Of a stretch of DNA of 64,000 nt, positions 39,791-50,509 are shown one piece after another. The DNA comes from Amphiscolops sp. MND2022 (taxonomy: Eukaryota), in contig OZ076409.1 in assembly GCA_964187785.1 (NCBI GenBank), forward strand, positions 74,898,001 through 74,962,000, in the 5' to 3' direction. The notes under the pieces were generated by a model, which ran no database searches, was not told where the DNA came from, and worked only from the letters and a program-made list of their open reading frames with translations. A program made the translations under genes and the position numbers. Each line of letters begins with the position of its first letter. Position 1 is the stretch's first letter.

Positions 39791-40435
39791 AAATTAGCTC
39801 TTTAGTGTGTTTTTCATTGTTTCCGTTATGGGTTCATTAAATATTTAACTCGTATATAATTCAATGTTTTTTACACAGGTTCTCTGCAGAGTCAAGAAGC
39901 ATTCCACATAATCAAGTTTTACACAACGTTCCAGATTTACACAACATTGTTCACTATTTTCAAGATGAAGTCTTCAAAATCAAAATTCAAGATTATAAAA
40001 CATCAAAAAGCACTACGATAACCTTTACAACATCGAGCTAAGTTTTCTTCATCTAAAAATTCATCTTTGCATTAACTTTTCTTGTTTTCAGGAGAGGGGT
40101 CTACTACTTTGGTTGTACATGCCTTCAAGTTGTGGCTTTCTCAAAGTACATTTTGAGGAGTGCATTGTGCTTGTTTGTTCTGTGCGGGCATGTGATGTGA
40201 TGGTCTCATTTCTGATTGTCTCGTGGTTAGAGAATGTAGTGTATTAGTATGATTTTGGAATTTTAGACAATTTTGTGCTGTTCGGTCTCTTGTTTGTGCT
40301 GTGCTGGAGGCTCTTGTTCTGTATGTTCTGATTCAGTAAGTGTCATGTATAAGAACCAATGTTACAAATGTTTCGCACTTACCAGTTATCTTTATGTATC
40401 TTTACCAGTTCTTAGATAACGTTGTCTTCGTTCTC

Positions 40436-40660
40436 TGTGTTATTAGCATACGGGTGTGTTTGTGTGTGCTTGTGAGCGTGGAATGAGGTTGTGTCGGTGT
40501 GCTTTTGTTTGTGGTGTGTGTTATTAGCATACGGCTGTGTTTGTGTGTGCTTGTGAGTGTGGAATGAGGTTGTGTCGGTGTGCTTTTGTTTGTGGTGTGA
40601 AGTTTTGTGCGCGTGTGTGTGTGTGTGTGTCTGGGTTTGTTGTGTGTATGTGTGTGTGTC
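40436..40660 (+). repeat. 81-bp tandem duplication followed by a TG-rich microsatellite
   Basis: TTATTAGCATACGG at 40440 and 40521; (TG)n at about 40613-40630. Confidence 0.85.
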
Positions 40661-42831
40661 AGTTTTTATGTTTTTAATACCAAAATGAACAAAGCATTGA
40701 TTTTTGTTCAGATATCCTATCATTGTCGTGAAGGAATCAAATCGAGATAAAAGTGCGCGTGAAAGAGCAAAATCAAGACACAACAACGTGGTCATTTTTC
40801 ACAAAGCCTTTTCAAAAACTACTGTGTGTTTGAAAATATTGACTTAAAATGGACAACTCATTGACATTCCACAAATTACTGCAACTGCCAACCGGGAGAA
40901 GATGTTTTGGTTTTGCATGTCGCCACGCTCTGTGTCTGCTGAAATACCAAAAGGCAACTTCTTCAAGTTATTAACCCAAGTTGTTACATCAATCAATTCA
41001 CATCAACTGTAAATAGTTAACACGATATTTGTTCGTACTGTGTGCCATAATTATCCATAAGCTTCAATTATTACATCCGATATAATCATGTTAAATACAA
41101 ATCTTTCAATGTCTAAATGAACTAAACATATAGCATTGATTATGTGTTACAAACACCAATGAAAAAACATTTAGCATTGACATTAGTTTTCAAATTAAAC
41201 CTATTGTGCACTGCTTTTGCATTTGAAGCTTTTGAGTTAAGTAGCAACAAATAAAAAGACGAAATGATAAAACTTCCGAAACAACGCAGCGGTCTTCATA
41301 AAATTTTGCAATACTGTCGACATGCACTACTTTGTTCAATGATTGAGTTATTGAAAAAGTCGATTGTAGCCATCAGTGGTAGTGAATACTTGAACGTTTT
41401 GGTACAATTTATAGTTTTTATATTGCTTCGAAGAGAATTTTCAAACACTCAACTTGGGTATTTAGTTTTTGCTAATCAATGATATCATCGATTCAATTAC
41501 AACATGTTGTAAGATGTCCAAGAAATTAGTAGTTTCTTTTGTCTATCAAATCATCCTTCGGATCCAAACTTTGGGAAAAAAAATTTGAACTACAATTTTC
41601 CTAATTTTTCCTTTTTGAAGAAAGTTTGTTCACACATTTTATCTGCATCAATGTTTTAGTACCGTAAAATTTATTTCGTTCAAATTGTCAGCAAAATGTT
41701 TTGTAAGAAAGTTCAAGAATCTAAGCAATCAACATCAGAAGTCTCTAACAAGCTCTTCAACCAGGAACTTTAGAGATGGTTTCCATGTGTTATTTTCAAT
41801 AGGTATTGGATATGATTCCTTCGACAAATATTTGAGATGATTCCTCACCTATAAATAGTCTCGTCCCTTATCTACGTATACCATTGAACATTGCTAGAAA
41901 AATCTGTTTCGGTGAAAAGTATGATTTTGATATTCTTTTTCCAACAATAACATTTTATGTGTCAACAAGCCATTGTCCATTGTTGTGAAAGATTTCGTTT
42001 TCTCTTTAGTAAAAACCTTTAGTAAAAAAAACCCAAAAGCAAGTGGATTAATTCTTAGATTTGAAGCCAAATTTCTTGAAGAGAGCTTTGAATACTCAAA
42101 TGGATATCATCGCGCGTACCACAGAAAATCTTCGTTGTTGAATCCAACGAACTAAATGTTGTTCTCAACTCTGTGTTGTCTTATTTTCCACTTGTCGGTG
42201 TTTGATATTTTTCTACTTATTTCTAGATTATCTGATGTGACTTTCATGTCAAAAAATGGGCAACAAGAAAGTGAGTTATTCTTAAATTTTTAGAATTTGT
42301 ACATTATTTTATCAACTGTCATGTAAATATATTTTACTTCAGAGAAAAAGCGTAAGCAAATGCGGCGTTTGCGCTAGGATTGTGTCAAGGAATGTATCTT
42401 TCTGCGACTTACACCAAGAAGAAAGTGGTTCAGTTGTAAGTTTAAAAATAGACTAAAAATTTACACGAGTTGATAGCCTTTCCAGTCGTTAACGTTTCAA
42501 CTTTTTTGTTTAAAGAACCAGATAGATGAAACTAGTCCCCCTGCCGAGAAAAATCAGAGGCGTTGTGGTTAGTAATTCTGTTCATGATGTAGATCTCCAC
42601 TCATTTCGGTAAAAGCTGCTTTCAAATTACTACAGGTCATATTCCGCTAATTGTAAAAACAAAATAATTGTAGAGCCGTTTGTCGCTTCCAATTTATTGT
42701 CTCATCCGTGTTTCCCTTGATAAGGTACCATTCTTCTTGTGTTCCGTCCTTGTTCCACAACCCAGATTGCTTTTGTTTAAGGCTCCAATCTTGCAGGAAC
42801 TTCATCAGTTGTTCCAGATGCAAACTTTTCT

Positions 42832-45800
42832 TTGTCGTCAGAGCACCTTCCGATCGAGGAATCTTTACCACAAACTGCTTGTGTTGGATCTCTCGAACAC
42901 CACGACCACACTGACACTGCCCCTTCCACAATATTCGCAACTCCACCTTCTGACTCCCACGATGACCACTTCAACTTGAAACAAAAGCTGAAGAAACATT
43001 TAGTTCTCAACACCGGTGAAACGATTAACACCAACAGCATGTCTTTCAATGGTCCTACCTGTGACAAGTGTTTGAGGAAATCAACCGAGTCCTACGACAT
43101 TGGCGTTTGTACTTACGATTCCTCTGAACTTCACATTAGGAAAAGAAAATTTGGCCAAAAACTTTCCTCAAATGGCCGCATCAGTCTTTGTACATCTTGT
43201 ATTACCTATACGACAACTGACGCCCGTTCATTCAAAACCGCATGGCCCAGTATTCTATGTTCCTATTGGGTTAGTGAAGACAAAGATGAGGCCATTTTAG
43301 AGAAACTTATTTCTTTACTTCCTTGTACAATTCTTGAAATGTATTGTCATTCCATGGAAAAATACAGTCAAGTATTCAAAAGTGTTCTTGAACGCACTAA
43401 ATTGGTGGTAGCAGACAGAACATCTGACAGAAGTCTTCTCCTTCTGAACAATGTTGAGCTGAAGGGTGCTGATTTGAAACGGAATTATGACAAATTTCCC
43501 CTTCCTGATGTAGTTTGTCCATGGGGCTGCTGGGACTTCGTAGAAAAATGTCAAACACTGTCGTTTGAATGTTTCCTTGCTAACATTGATTCTGATTTCC
43601 GCAATTGGACCCACAAAGAATCGTTGTTAAGAGGTGTTACATCCAATTTTCCACAAGGTTTTACTTTGCTCCAAAAATTTGAGATTACACCCGCTGTAAT
43701 CATAGAAGAAGATGGTCATTTAGCATATCTTACTTGTTCGAAGCACTCGGGCGAAACTTTGCAGTATTTACATCCCCCTCGAAACCCAATACTTAGCAGT
43801 GTGTCACCCAACAAACCCGAACGACTGGCCCTAACTCAACAGCAACTGAATATTGTTAAAACTGGGAAACCGAAGTTTAACTCTCATTCTAGTCACTTAA
43901 TCGAAGAAAAAGGAAGTTTTACCGGCATCAGCAGTAGTACTCTTCAATTCCCCACGTTTTTAGACCGTTCAACTCTACTGAACGACCTTTCCGAGTCTGT
44001 TATCTCAAAAGGACGTTCCGATGTAAACCCACTCGTCGAATATTATTTAGAAAACAATATCGTCGATCAGAACTTTGTCGACTATTTGTTCAACAGTAAC
44101 TTCAATCTCACCACACATGAAATTGAAGTTGCAATTTCAAACTCAACGAATGTTTCTCTCTACGACGCCTTCAAGTTGCAGATGCATTTGAATGAAAACC
44201 AGAATACTGATGAGCTGCAGATTTTTTCTCCTGTCTACGCCCACAACCTTGGAAAAAAATCTGATTATGGTTGTGTGCCACCATGTCTTTTCACAACAGG
44301 AACTATCGCAAAAGTATTCGAATGTTTGGTTCGTTTTACTGCGTCATTTCTCCCGAGTTTGCGTAATTCTGATGACGACTCTCTTCGCCAACTTTCCAAT
44401 AGCTTTTGCAATCTTTTGTTTTTGACGGCGTCAAAAAAAAGCGCAATTAACGATGCCAGAGCTAAAGTTTTGAGGATTACCGAAAACATCACCGAACAAT
44501 ATTCCAACAATTCTCCGTCGTTGAATAAATTCTTCGATTATCTCGTTGCCGGAAATTTAGCTGCCTTCAAAGTTCCATCTCGTTCATTCACAAGTATTCC
44601 GACGACTGCCACAAGCTCTGTCGAAGGGCCTCTTTTTGTTTTTGCTCCCTCCCGGTCAGAGCGTGATAGTAATATACCCATAGACACTTTGACACATAAT
44701 TCGAAAACATACCAACTTGTTTTCTTGAGCAAAAACTTCTGGAAAGCTGAATTTTACTGCCGCCATCAAAGAACTAATTCCGCATGGTTCGAGTCCTTCT
44801 CTTGTTCGAACTCATTCACAGAAACCAGTTTTGGGAACTTTTACGATTTCGCAGCTAAAGGGACTTGGGATTGTGCTGTCTACGAGAAGCTGGAGACGTC
44901 TGATAGCCAAACGATGCTTGGAACATTTTTGAAGAGTATCGGGGGCCAGGGCAACATTTCATGCGAAAGACACAATTGTCTCTTGATTCAAAAGAATCCA
45001 ATGGATACTTTGACTTGCTTCAAGACTTTATGCAGGAAGAAAGCCAAATGGATATGCCCGAAAGTAGAATGCAATACTGGAGTGTGCAAACAACATTCAG
45101 AAGCGCTGATAATCGAGCCTTCAATGTGTGCAATTTCAAGTACTAAAGAACGAACTGCCCCTAGCTTCAGTGAGAACTTGGAAGACCAAAATGACCATAG
45201 TTTTGACAACGAAACACTTTTCGAACGTAACAGTCTCCAAGAACATGAGCTGAACCTAATTTTTGAACCAGACAACTATTTGACAATGTCTGTTGATACC
45301 TCAGACCAGGCCCTTCCCTTTTCGTCGAATTCTGGTGTTCCTTTAGTAACTTACTCCAAAGAAGAAACCCACAAGAACAGAGTACCAACAAAAGTACTTC
45401 TCAACAATTATTTGAACGTTCTCCAACGCACCAAAGTACCTCTTTGGACAACTAATGCTCACAAAAATTTCTTGCAGAGCATTGTTAGCAGAGTTCCTAA
45501 TACGTCTGTGCCACTTTTATACCCAGAAGCGCTCTTATTTCCGAGTATTTTTTGGAAGCAACAAGAAGATGGTTCCTTTGCGGGTGCTTTACCATCGTGT
45601 TTACTCCAGTCAGACGAACTCAATACCAAACTTGGTTTCGCAACTGTTTCGAAACATCTCTGGAATAGACTAACGAATGGCAGCTTGCTTACGTCGACCA
45701 GTATTGGATATGCCAGTTTTGCTTTTGACATTAAAATGAATCAAGAGCTCAATAGGAGTCATAGCAACTACATTGTGTTCAAAAGAGGTTTCGAAGATTA

Positions 45801-48800
45801 CTTGGGTGCAGATGAAGCCTTGAAACTCCCTAACTGTGCCATCAAATGGGATGGACTTGACAGCTCCAAGAGAGTCCAAGAAGTCGCAGCTGCCTGTGCA
45901 GAAGAAAGCCCACATTACTTTTTCACATTGACGTGTTCAATGGCGGGTCAATTTGGTGTTCGTCCACTGTTTGAGGCTCTGAAGGAAACATATGGTAACG
46001 AGAACAAGGATGTTTATGAAGCAGTTGTCCAGAGTTTCATGGGATTGTTTGTACGTATGTGGGAAAGGATGTCTTCTGTTGTGATGGAGTACATAGAGAA
46101 TTCCAGCGAAAAGCCATTGGGACATGTGTCAAGAATTTGGTGGAGGTACGAATTTCAGACGAGTCAAGGCAATTTGCCTCATATCCACTGCTTGCTTTGG
46201 GTTAATGAACTGAAATCGTCAGAGTCTTTCCAGAATCGAGTTGTGCTCAAAAAGTCCCAACTTTTGTTCTCTCTTGAAGACCCATTTCTAAAGACAGTAG
46301 GCCTTGTTAAAGACGCAGATCATGCTTTCAAGCTTTATAAAGATGCTGTCAAAATACATTACCACTCTTGCGCAGCAACAAACTTCAGATGCCACAAGAG
46401 AACAGATGAGAATGGACAAAGTTTTTGTCGCTATCCCGTTTACCCAACAAGCGCAGAATATCATTTGGAAGAAGTGGATGTCAACCATTCGGAAGAAGCT
46501 TTTCATGTTTTGTCATTATGCCAACTGGCTAAAGAAAAGATTGGTAATGTCGACACGATGTGTGTAACAGAAGAATTGAAAGCTGGCCAGTGGTTTTATC
46601 CAAGCCAAAAAAATCAAAATGTAACACCAATGAATCCATATCTTTTTGTCCTCACAGAATCTCAGAACAACCTTTTGATCTGTGACAAGTACCTCTCTGC
46701 TCGTTATATAGCAAAGTATGCTGCCGGAGCAGAAGAGAAGGCTAACGTTTCAATAACTGCTGGCAAAAATCATAATGAGTTGCATGTTGATGTCGGAAAC
46801 ATCGAAAACAACAAAATCGCAAGTGTCCAACATCGCTTGAGAAAGGAAGAACAACAGCAGCGAAAAGGATCTTGTCAAGCAAAGCACATTTGTATCACCG
46901 AATGTTATTGGCACCTCTTTGATTTGCCTTTTGTCCGATCCTCTTTCTCGAGTATATGCCTGAACACAAATGAAATGGAAAACAGACCTGGAGTGAAGCT
47001 AACCCATCAAAGACGACGTCTTGCAACCCACAGCGAGAGCCAGTTTACTTCACCTCTAATTACTGTTCGTGATCAATTGCCAAACTGGCGACAATTCACC
47101 GAAAGTCAAAAACGGATCGTCCAGCTACACTGTGAAAGCAACATTTCTGTGAGTAACATCACTGCTCACAGTGCGCGACCTCCGGAATTGTTGTTCATCA
47201 AAAACCCTAAACAATATTTTTGGCTTTTTTCACGGGAAACTATCAAGAAACCGACTACGTCTCAGCTTTGCCAAATGTTAAGATCCAACAGAATGGTTTG
47301 GATTGATGGATTCGGGAAACAAATATTGGTTCGAAGAAACCGTGTCCCTCAATTTCTCGACATTTTGCAGAATTCTACGGAAAGAAGTGCCTTATCTCTC
47401 AGAGCTGCTATTGAAACTGAAGAAGACATGGCCTCTTTAACATCAAAAATCACGGACTCCAGAAGCAATATAGTAGTGTACTTTTCAAAAATATATCCTT
47501 CTGATGCAGGAAAGTTCTTGATACACCTCCTTCTTTCCATGGGCGAATTCGAAACCGAATTCGATCTCTTCAACTGTAGAAGTTTATTGGACAGTTTCAA
47601 AAAAGCAGGACTCTGGACGGAATCTTCTGTTCGGCAAAACATTTTGAAACTCACGAAGAAGTACATTTTAGAGGAGGCTCAATTTCTGCCGGGTTCCACC
47701 AGGATGTTCAACAAAAACGTGGTTCAGTGTTTTCAAACACTGACAGAGTTTTTTGAAAACGGTTCCATTGATTATGTAGAGCTACCCCGTGTTCTTTTAT
47801 CATCAGTGCAAGCTGCTGTCGACAGTAAAGTGGACGTTTTTCTAAAACAGGCACGTGTGAACATTGCCAAAGGGTTGATTGCCAGCGGCAAAGTGCCGAA
47901 TTGTCCAAGTGAGTTGCAAATTGCCCAGGCTACGACTGCGACTTGTTTTCCTTTCTCTCCCACTCTTGCCACTTTGCCAACTCAAACTGCGACCAGCTAC
48001 GGGAAGCAAAAAGCTGTCCTTAATCTATTTATCAATGCCATCGACCAATATCTGTCAGGTTCGAAAGTTTTTGTGCCGCATCACTTCGCTCTGGGAAAGC
48101 CAGGAACTGGCAAGTCCACTATCACTCTCGTGGCCACTTGCTATGCCATGTGCAAAGGACTCTGTTGTATGCTTACCACATTGGCCGGTGAGAAAGCAGC
48201 CCAGTTTGGAGGAATGCACCTCCACCGACTTATTCCCATTCCTGTCAAAACAAGTCTACCAGTTATGAAGCAAGTAGAGTCCACCGTTCAGCGGCTATAC
48301 CACGACCCTCTGAGACTAACGTTTTTGAAGCGATTGGATGTACTGGTAATTGAGGAAGTTGGAATGTTGAACTCTGAGCAGTGGAGTGTTTTAGACCACA
48401 CACTTCGTTTTGTGAACAACTCAAACGTTCCGATGGGTGGTATTTTGGTGTTGGGAAACGGCGACCCAAAACAACTCAGACCTCCTTCAGGACCACTGCT
48501 TTGGATTTCTCCGATTCTTTATACTAACTTTAAACTCTTCTACCTGGCAGAGTACATCAGGATGATTGACCCTTTAGGAGCAAGGCTCTTAACGTTACTG
48601 GATAGACTTGAGGTCACTGATGCCGAAGCAGAGGAAATTGTAGAGATCCTTTCCAATAACAGTACGTTTGTCGAAAAATGGTCGGACATTCGAAACGATG
48701 AGGCCATTTTGAGAGTTGTGCCAACAAAACAAGCAGAAAAGAAATTAGTCAATGAAAAGTACAATCTGATTAGAAGTACAAACAACTATCACATAACTTT

Positions 48801-49890
48801 CAACTCAACCGACGAAGTTTCCCGACGCGGACAAAACCTGTGGTCGAAAACAGAAGACGCCAAGTGCATCACGCACTTGAATCGAAACTGCTTAGAACCG
48901 AACTTACTTCTCATATACGAAGGTGCACCTATGAGGATCACTAGAAATATTCAAGACTTACTGGTTACTCAAGGTCAACTGTGTGTAATTCGACACGTTC
49001 CAGAAGCTGACTCTACTTCACTTGACTTATTTGTAGCACCACCTTGTGTGCGAAGCTTGCCACCTGTACAACTTGATGGATCGCGAAATTTTGTACATTC
49101 TGGATGGCGAACTGTGAGTGTAAGAAGAATGGAGGGATTGCCTCAGAATTTTAGAAACCATTCATCTCTGCGACGAACACAGTTCCCGTTAAAACCTTTC
49201 CAAGCCTCAACAATACATAAATGTATCGGCGACGATGTCCCTCTGCTAGCAACACAGATAGCCTCGACTGATCCCTCTGAGCGGAAAATGTTTAAGTTAT
49301 GGGAAAAGAACCAGCTGCTTGTTTTGGTGAGTCGTGTTAAAGAACTCAAAGATCTGACGTTTGTGGGAAGTAAATCCGCAACGTTGAAAACAATTAAAAA
49401 CATTGCAACATCCACCAGCCAGTGGGACTATTTTGTTCACGAATTCGTGGAAGCATTATCGCAACAAGACTTGTCAAAGCCCCTTGCAACGTTTCCTGTC
49501 TCCCAACATATTTATTCGATGTCCTGCCAATCCGTTCCACAAGACAGTTGCGCTACAGTGTTCTGCCTGATGTCATTGAAAGACGGAACTATTGCTGTCG
49601 CCGCTTGTACCAACATCAGAAAAACACTGCAACAGAAAAATTCATTCGATGTGACTGATAACAATTTGACTTGCAACAAGAAACCTTGGGCTCTTCTTTG
49701 TGCTGCCTTTCACCCAACTGTTTCCACCTTAGATGACTCTGTGCGAGCGTTGGAGTGCCATTGGAACAATAGCCTTCCACATGACGAAAAACCCGATCCA
49801 CCGAAAATTGTGCGTCTGTTACAAGATACCACACTATCATTCACCAGCTTCTATCAAACTATTAACTTTGTTTCATTTGTAAACCCATAA
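42832..49890 (+). CDS. Helitron-like Rep-helicase: N-terminal Cys/His clusters, HUH (Y2) endonuclease, PIF1/SF1B helicase, degenerate C-terminal GIY-YIG-like domain
   Basis: Uninterrupted 2352-codon ORF (frame open from 42781, first ATG at 43039, true start uncertain). Rep motifs: YPEALLFPSIFW, YFFTLTCS (45916), YEFQTSQGNLPHIHCLLW (46147-46200), YIAKY (46705). Helicase motifs: GKPGTGKS (48094), VIEEVGML, GDPKQLRP, RTQFPLKPFQASTIHKCIG, QLLVLVSRV. Confidence 0.93.
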   Translation: MSSEHLPIEESLPQTACVGSLEHHDHTDTAPSTIFATPPSDSHDDHFNLKQKLKKHLVLNTGETINTNSMSFNGPTCDKCLRKSTESYDIGVCTYDSSELHIRKRKFGQKLSSNGRISLCTSCITYTTTDARSFKTAWPSILCSYWVSEDKDEAILEKLISLLPCTILEMYCHSMEKYSQVFKSVLERTKLVVADRTSDRSLLLLNNVELKGADLKRNYDKFPLPDVVCPWGCWDFVEKCQTLSFECFLANIDSDFRNWTHKESLLRGVTSNFPQGFTLLQKFEITPAVIIEEDGHLAYLTCSKHSGETLQYLHPPRNPILSSVSPNKPERLALTQQQLNIVKTGKPKFNSHSSHLIEEKGSFTGISSSTLQFPTFLDRSTLLNDLSESVISKGRSDVNPLVEYYLENNIVDQNFVDYLFNSNFNLTTHEIEVAISNSTNVSLYDAFKLQMHLNENQNTDELQIFSPVYAHNLGKKSDYGCVPPCLFTTGTIAKVFECLVRFTASFLPSLRNSDDDSLRQLSNSFCNLLFLTASKKSAINDARAKVLRITENITEQYSNNSPSLNKFFDYLVAGNLAAFKVPSRSFTSIPTTATSSVEGPLFVFAPSRSERDSNIPIDTLTHNSKTYQLVFLSKNFWKAEFYCRHQRTNSAWFESFSCSNSFTETSFGNFYDFAAKGTWDCAVYEKLETSDSQTMLGTFLKSIGGQGNISCERHNCLLIQKNPMDTLTCFKTLCRKKAKWICPKVECNTGVCKQHSEALIIEPSMCAISSTKERTAPSFSENLEDQNDHSFDNETLFERNSLQEHELNLIFEPDNYLTMSVDTSDQALPFSSNSGVPLVTYSKEETHKNRVPTKVLLNNYLNVLQRTKVPLWTTNAHKNFLQSIVSRVPNTSVPLLYPEALLFPSIFWKQQEDGSFAGALPSCLLQSDELNTKLGFATVSKHLWNRLTNGSLLTSTSIGYASFAFDIKMNQELNRSHSNYIVFKRGFEDYLGADEALKLPNCAIKWDGLDSSKRVQEVAAACAEESPHYFFTLTCSMAGQFGVRPLFEALKETYGNENKDVYEAVVQSFMGLFVRMWERMSSVVMEYIENSSEKPLGHVSRIWWRYEFQTSQGNLPHIHCLLWVNELKSSESFQNRVVLKKSQLLFSLEDPFLKTVGLVKDADHAFKLYKDAVKIHYHSCAATNFRCHKRTDENGQSFCRYPVYPTSAEYHLEEVDVNHSEEAFHVLSLCQLAKEKIGNVDTMCVTEELKAGQWFYPSQKNQNVTPMNPYLFVLTESQNNLLICDKYLSARYIAKYAAGAEEKANVSITAGKNHNELHVDVGNIENNKIASVQHRLRKEEQQQRKGSCQAKHICITECYWHLFDLPFVRSSFSSICLNTNEMENRPGVKLTHQRRRLATHSESQFTSPLITVRDQLPNWRQFTESQKRIVQLHCESNISVSNITAHSARPPELLFIKNPKQYFWLFSRETIKKPTTSQLCQMLRSNRMVWIDGFGKQILVRRNRVPQFLDILQNSTERSALSLRAAIETEEDMASLTSKITDSRSNIVVYFSKIYPSDAGKFLIHLLLSMGEFETEFDLFNCRSLLDSFKKAGLWTESSVRQNILKLTKKYILEEAQFLPGSTRMFNKNVVQCFQTLTEFFENGSIDYVELPRVLLSSVQAAVDSKVDVFLKQARVNIAKGLIASGKVPNCPSELQIAQATTATCFPFSPTLATLPTQTATSYGKQKAVLNLFINAIDQYLSGSKVFVPHHFALGKPGTGKSTITLVATCYAMCKGLCCMLTTLAGEKAAQFGGMHLHRLIPIPVKTSLPVMKQVESTVQRLYHDPLRLTFLKRLDVLVIEEVGMLNSEQWSVLDHTLRFVNNSNVPMGGILVLGNGDPKQLRPPSGPLLWISPILYTNFKLFYLAEYIRMIDPLGARLLTLLDRLEVTDAEAEEIVEILSNNSTFVEKWSDIRNDEAILRVVPTKQAEKKLVNEKYNLIRSTNNYHITFNSTDEVSRRGQNLWSKTEDAKCITHLNRNCLEPNLLLIYEGAPMRITRNIQDLLVTQGQLCVIRHVPEADSTSLDLFVAPPCVRSLPPVQLDGSRNFVHSGWRTVSVRRMEGLPQNFRNHSSLRRTQFPLKPFQASTIHKCIGDDVPLLATQIASTDPSERKMFKLWEKNQLLVLVSRVKELKDLTFVGSKSATLKTIKNIATSTSQWDYFVHEFVEALSQQDLSKPLATFPVSQHIYSMSCQSVPQDSCATVFCLMSLKDGTIAVAACTNIRKTLQQKNSFDVTDNNLTCNKKPWALLCAAFHPTVSTLDDSVRALECHWNNSLPHDEKPDPPKIVRLLQDTTLSFTSFYQTINFVSFVNP

Positions 49891-50354
49891 ACTTCTCTCT
49901 ATGATGTCCTTTCATCTGTTTGTTCCGGGACAAATTAGTGCCCAAATGTCTGAAGAAATGAAAAAAAACTCTCAGAAAAAAATACTATGGGAAAAAAATT
50001 AAACTGCCGAGAGTTTTAAAAAAACCGAAACTCATCCTCATTAGACAAAAACCTGTTGACAGAAACCGTTCTTTTTTCTACACAGACAAAACTCATCAGT
50101 CGAAGCCGAGTTTGCCAAACTTTCCTTCCTGCAAAACATCTTCCGCTTTTTCAGATTGTTATTGAACTTTTGTCGAAATGCAATGTTTCAAAAGTTCTAT
50201 CCCGTCGAAGAAGCCGGACACCCGGCTACGGCAAAACATGCACTTCGAATCTTCGGGACTTTGAGATTTGTGCCTTGGCATTCGCGAGGAATAGAATACC
50301 TGCAACTTCCCTTCGCTCAACAGGTTTCCACTATGTCCTTACTAGAGTCTGTGG

Positions 50355-50391
50355 AACACTGATTGGCTGCCACCAGCAGCCAATCAGTGTT
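50355..50391. promoter_or_regulatory. Perfect 16-bp inverted repeat containing two opposed CCAAT boxes
   Basis: AACACTGATTGGCTGC-CACCA-GCAGCCAATCAGTGTT; the palindrome is certain, its function is inferred. Confidence 0.5.
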
Positions 50392-50509
50392 TCCTGTCTG
50401 GCATTTTTCAAACTGATACCTTGAAATCATATTTGGCTCTTGTCTTTTAACTGCACTATCGTGTTTTGTGTTATATGAATCAAAAATTCCCAAATTGCCG
50501 TTGATTTTC

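Noticed and set aside
40412..40795. His/Thr-rich ORF here and the similar ORFs at 52495-52875
   Set aside because: Translations of TG-rich simple repeats.
42647..49840. Short ORFs overlapping the Rep-helicase on other frames and strands
   Set aside because: Shadow ORFs of the long coding frame with no motifs of their own.
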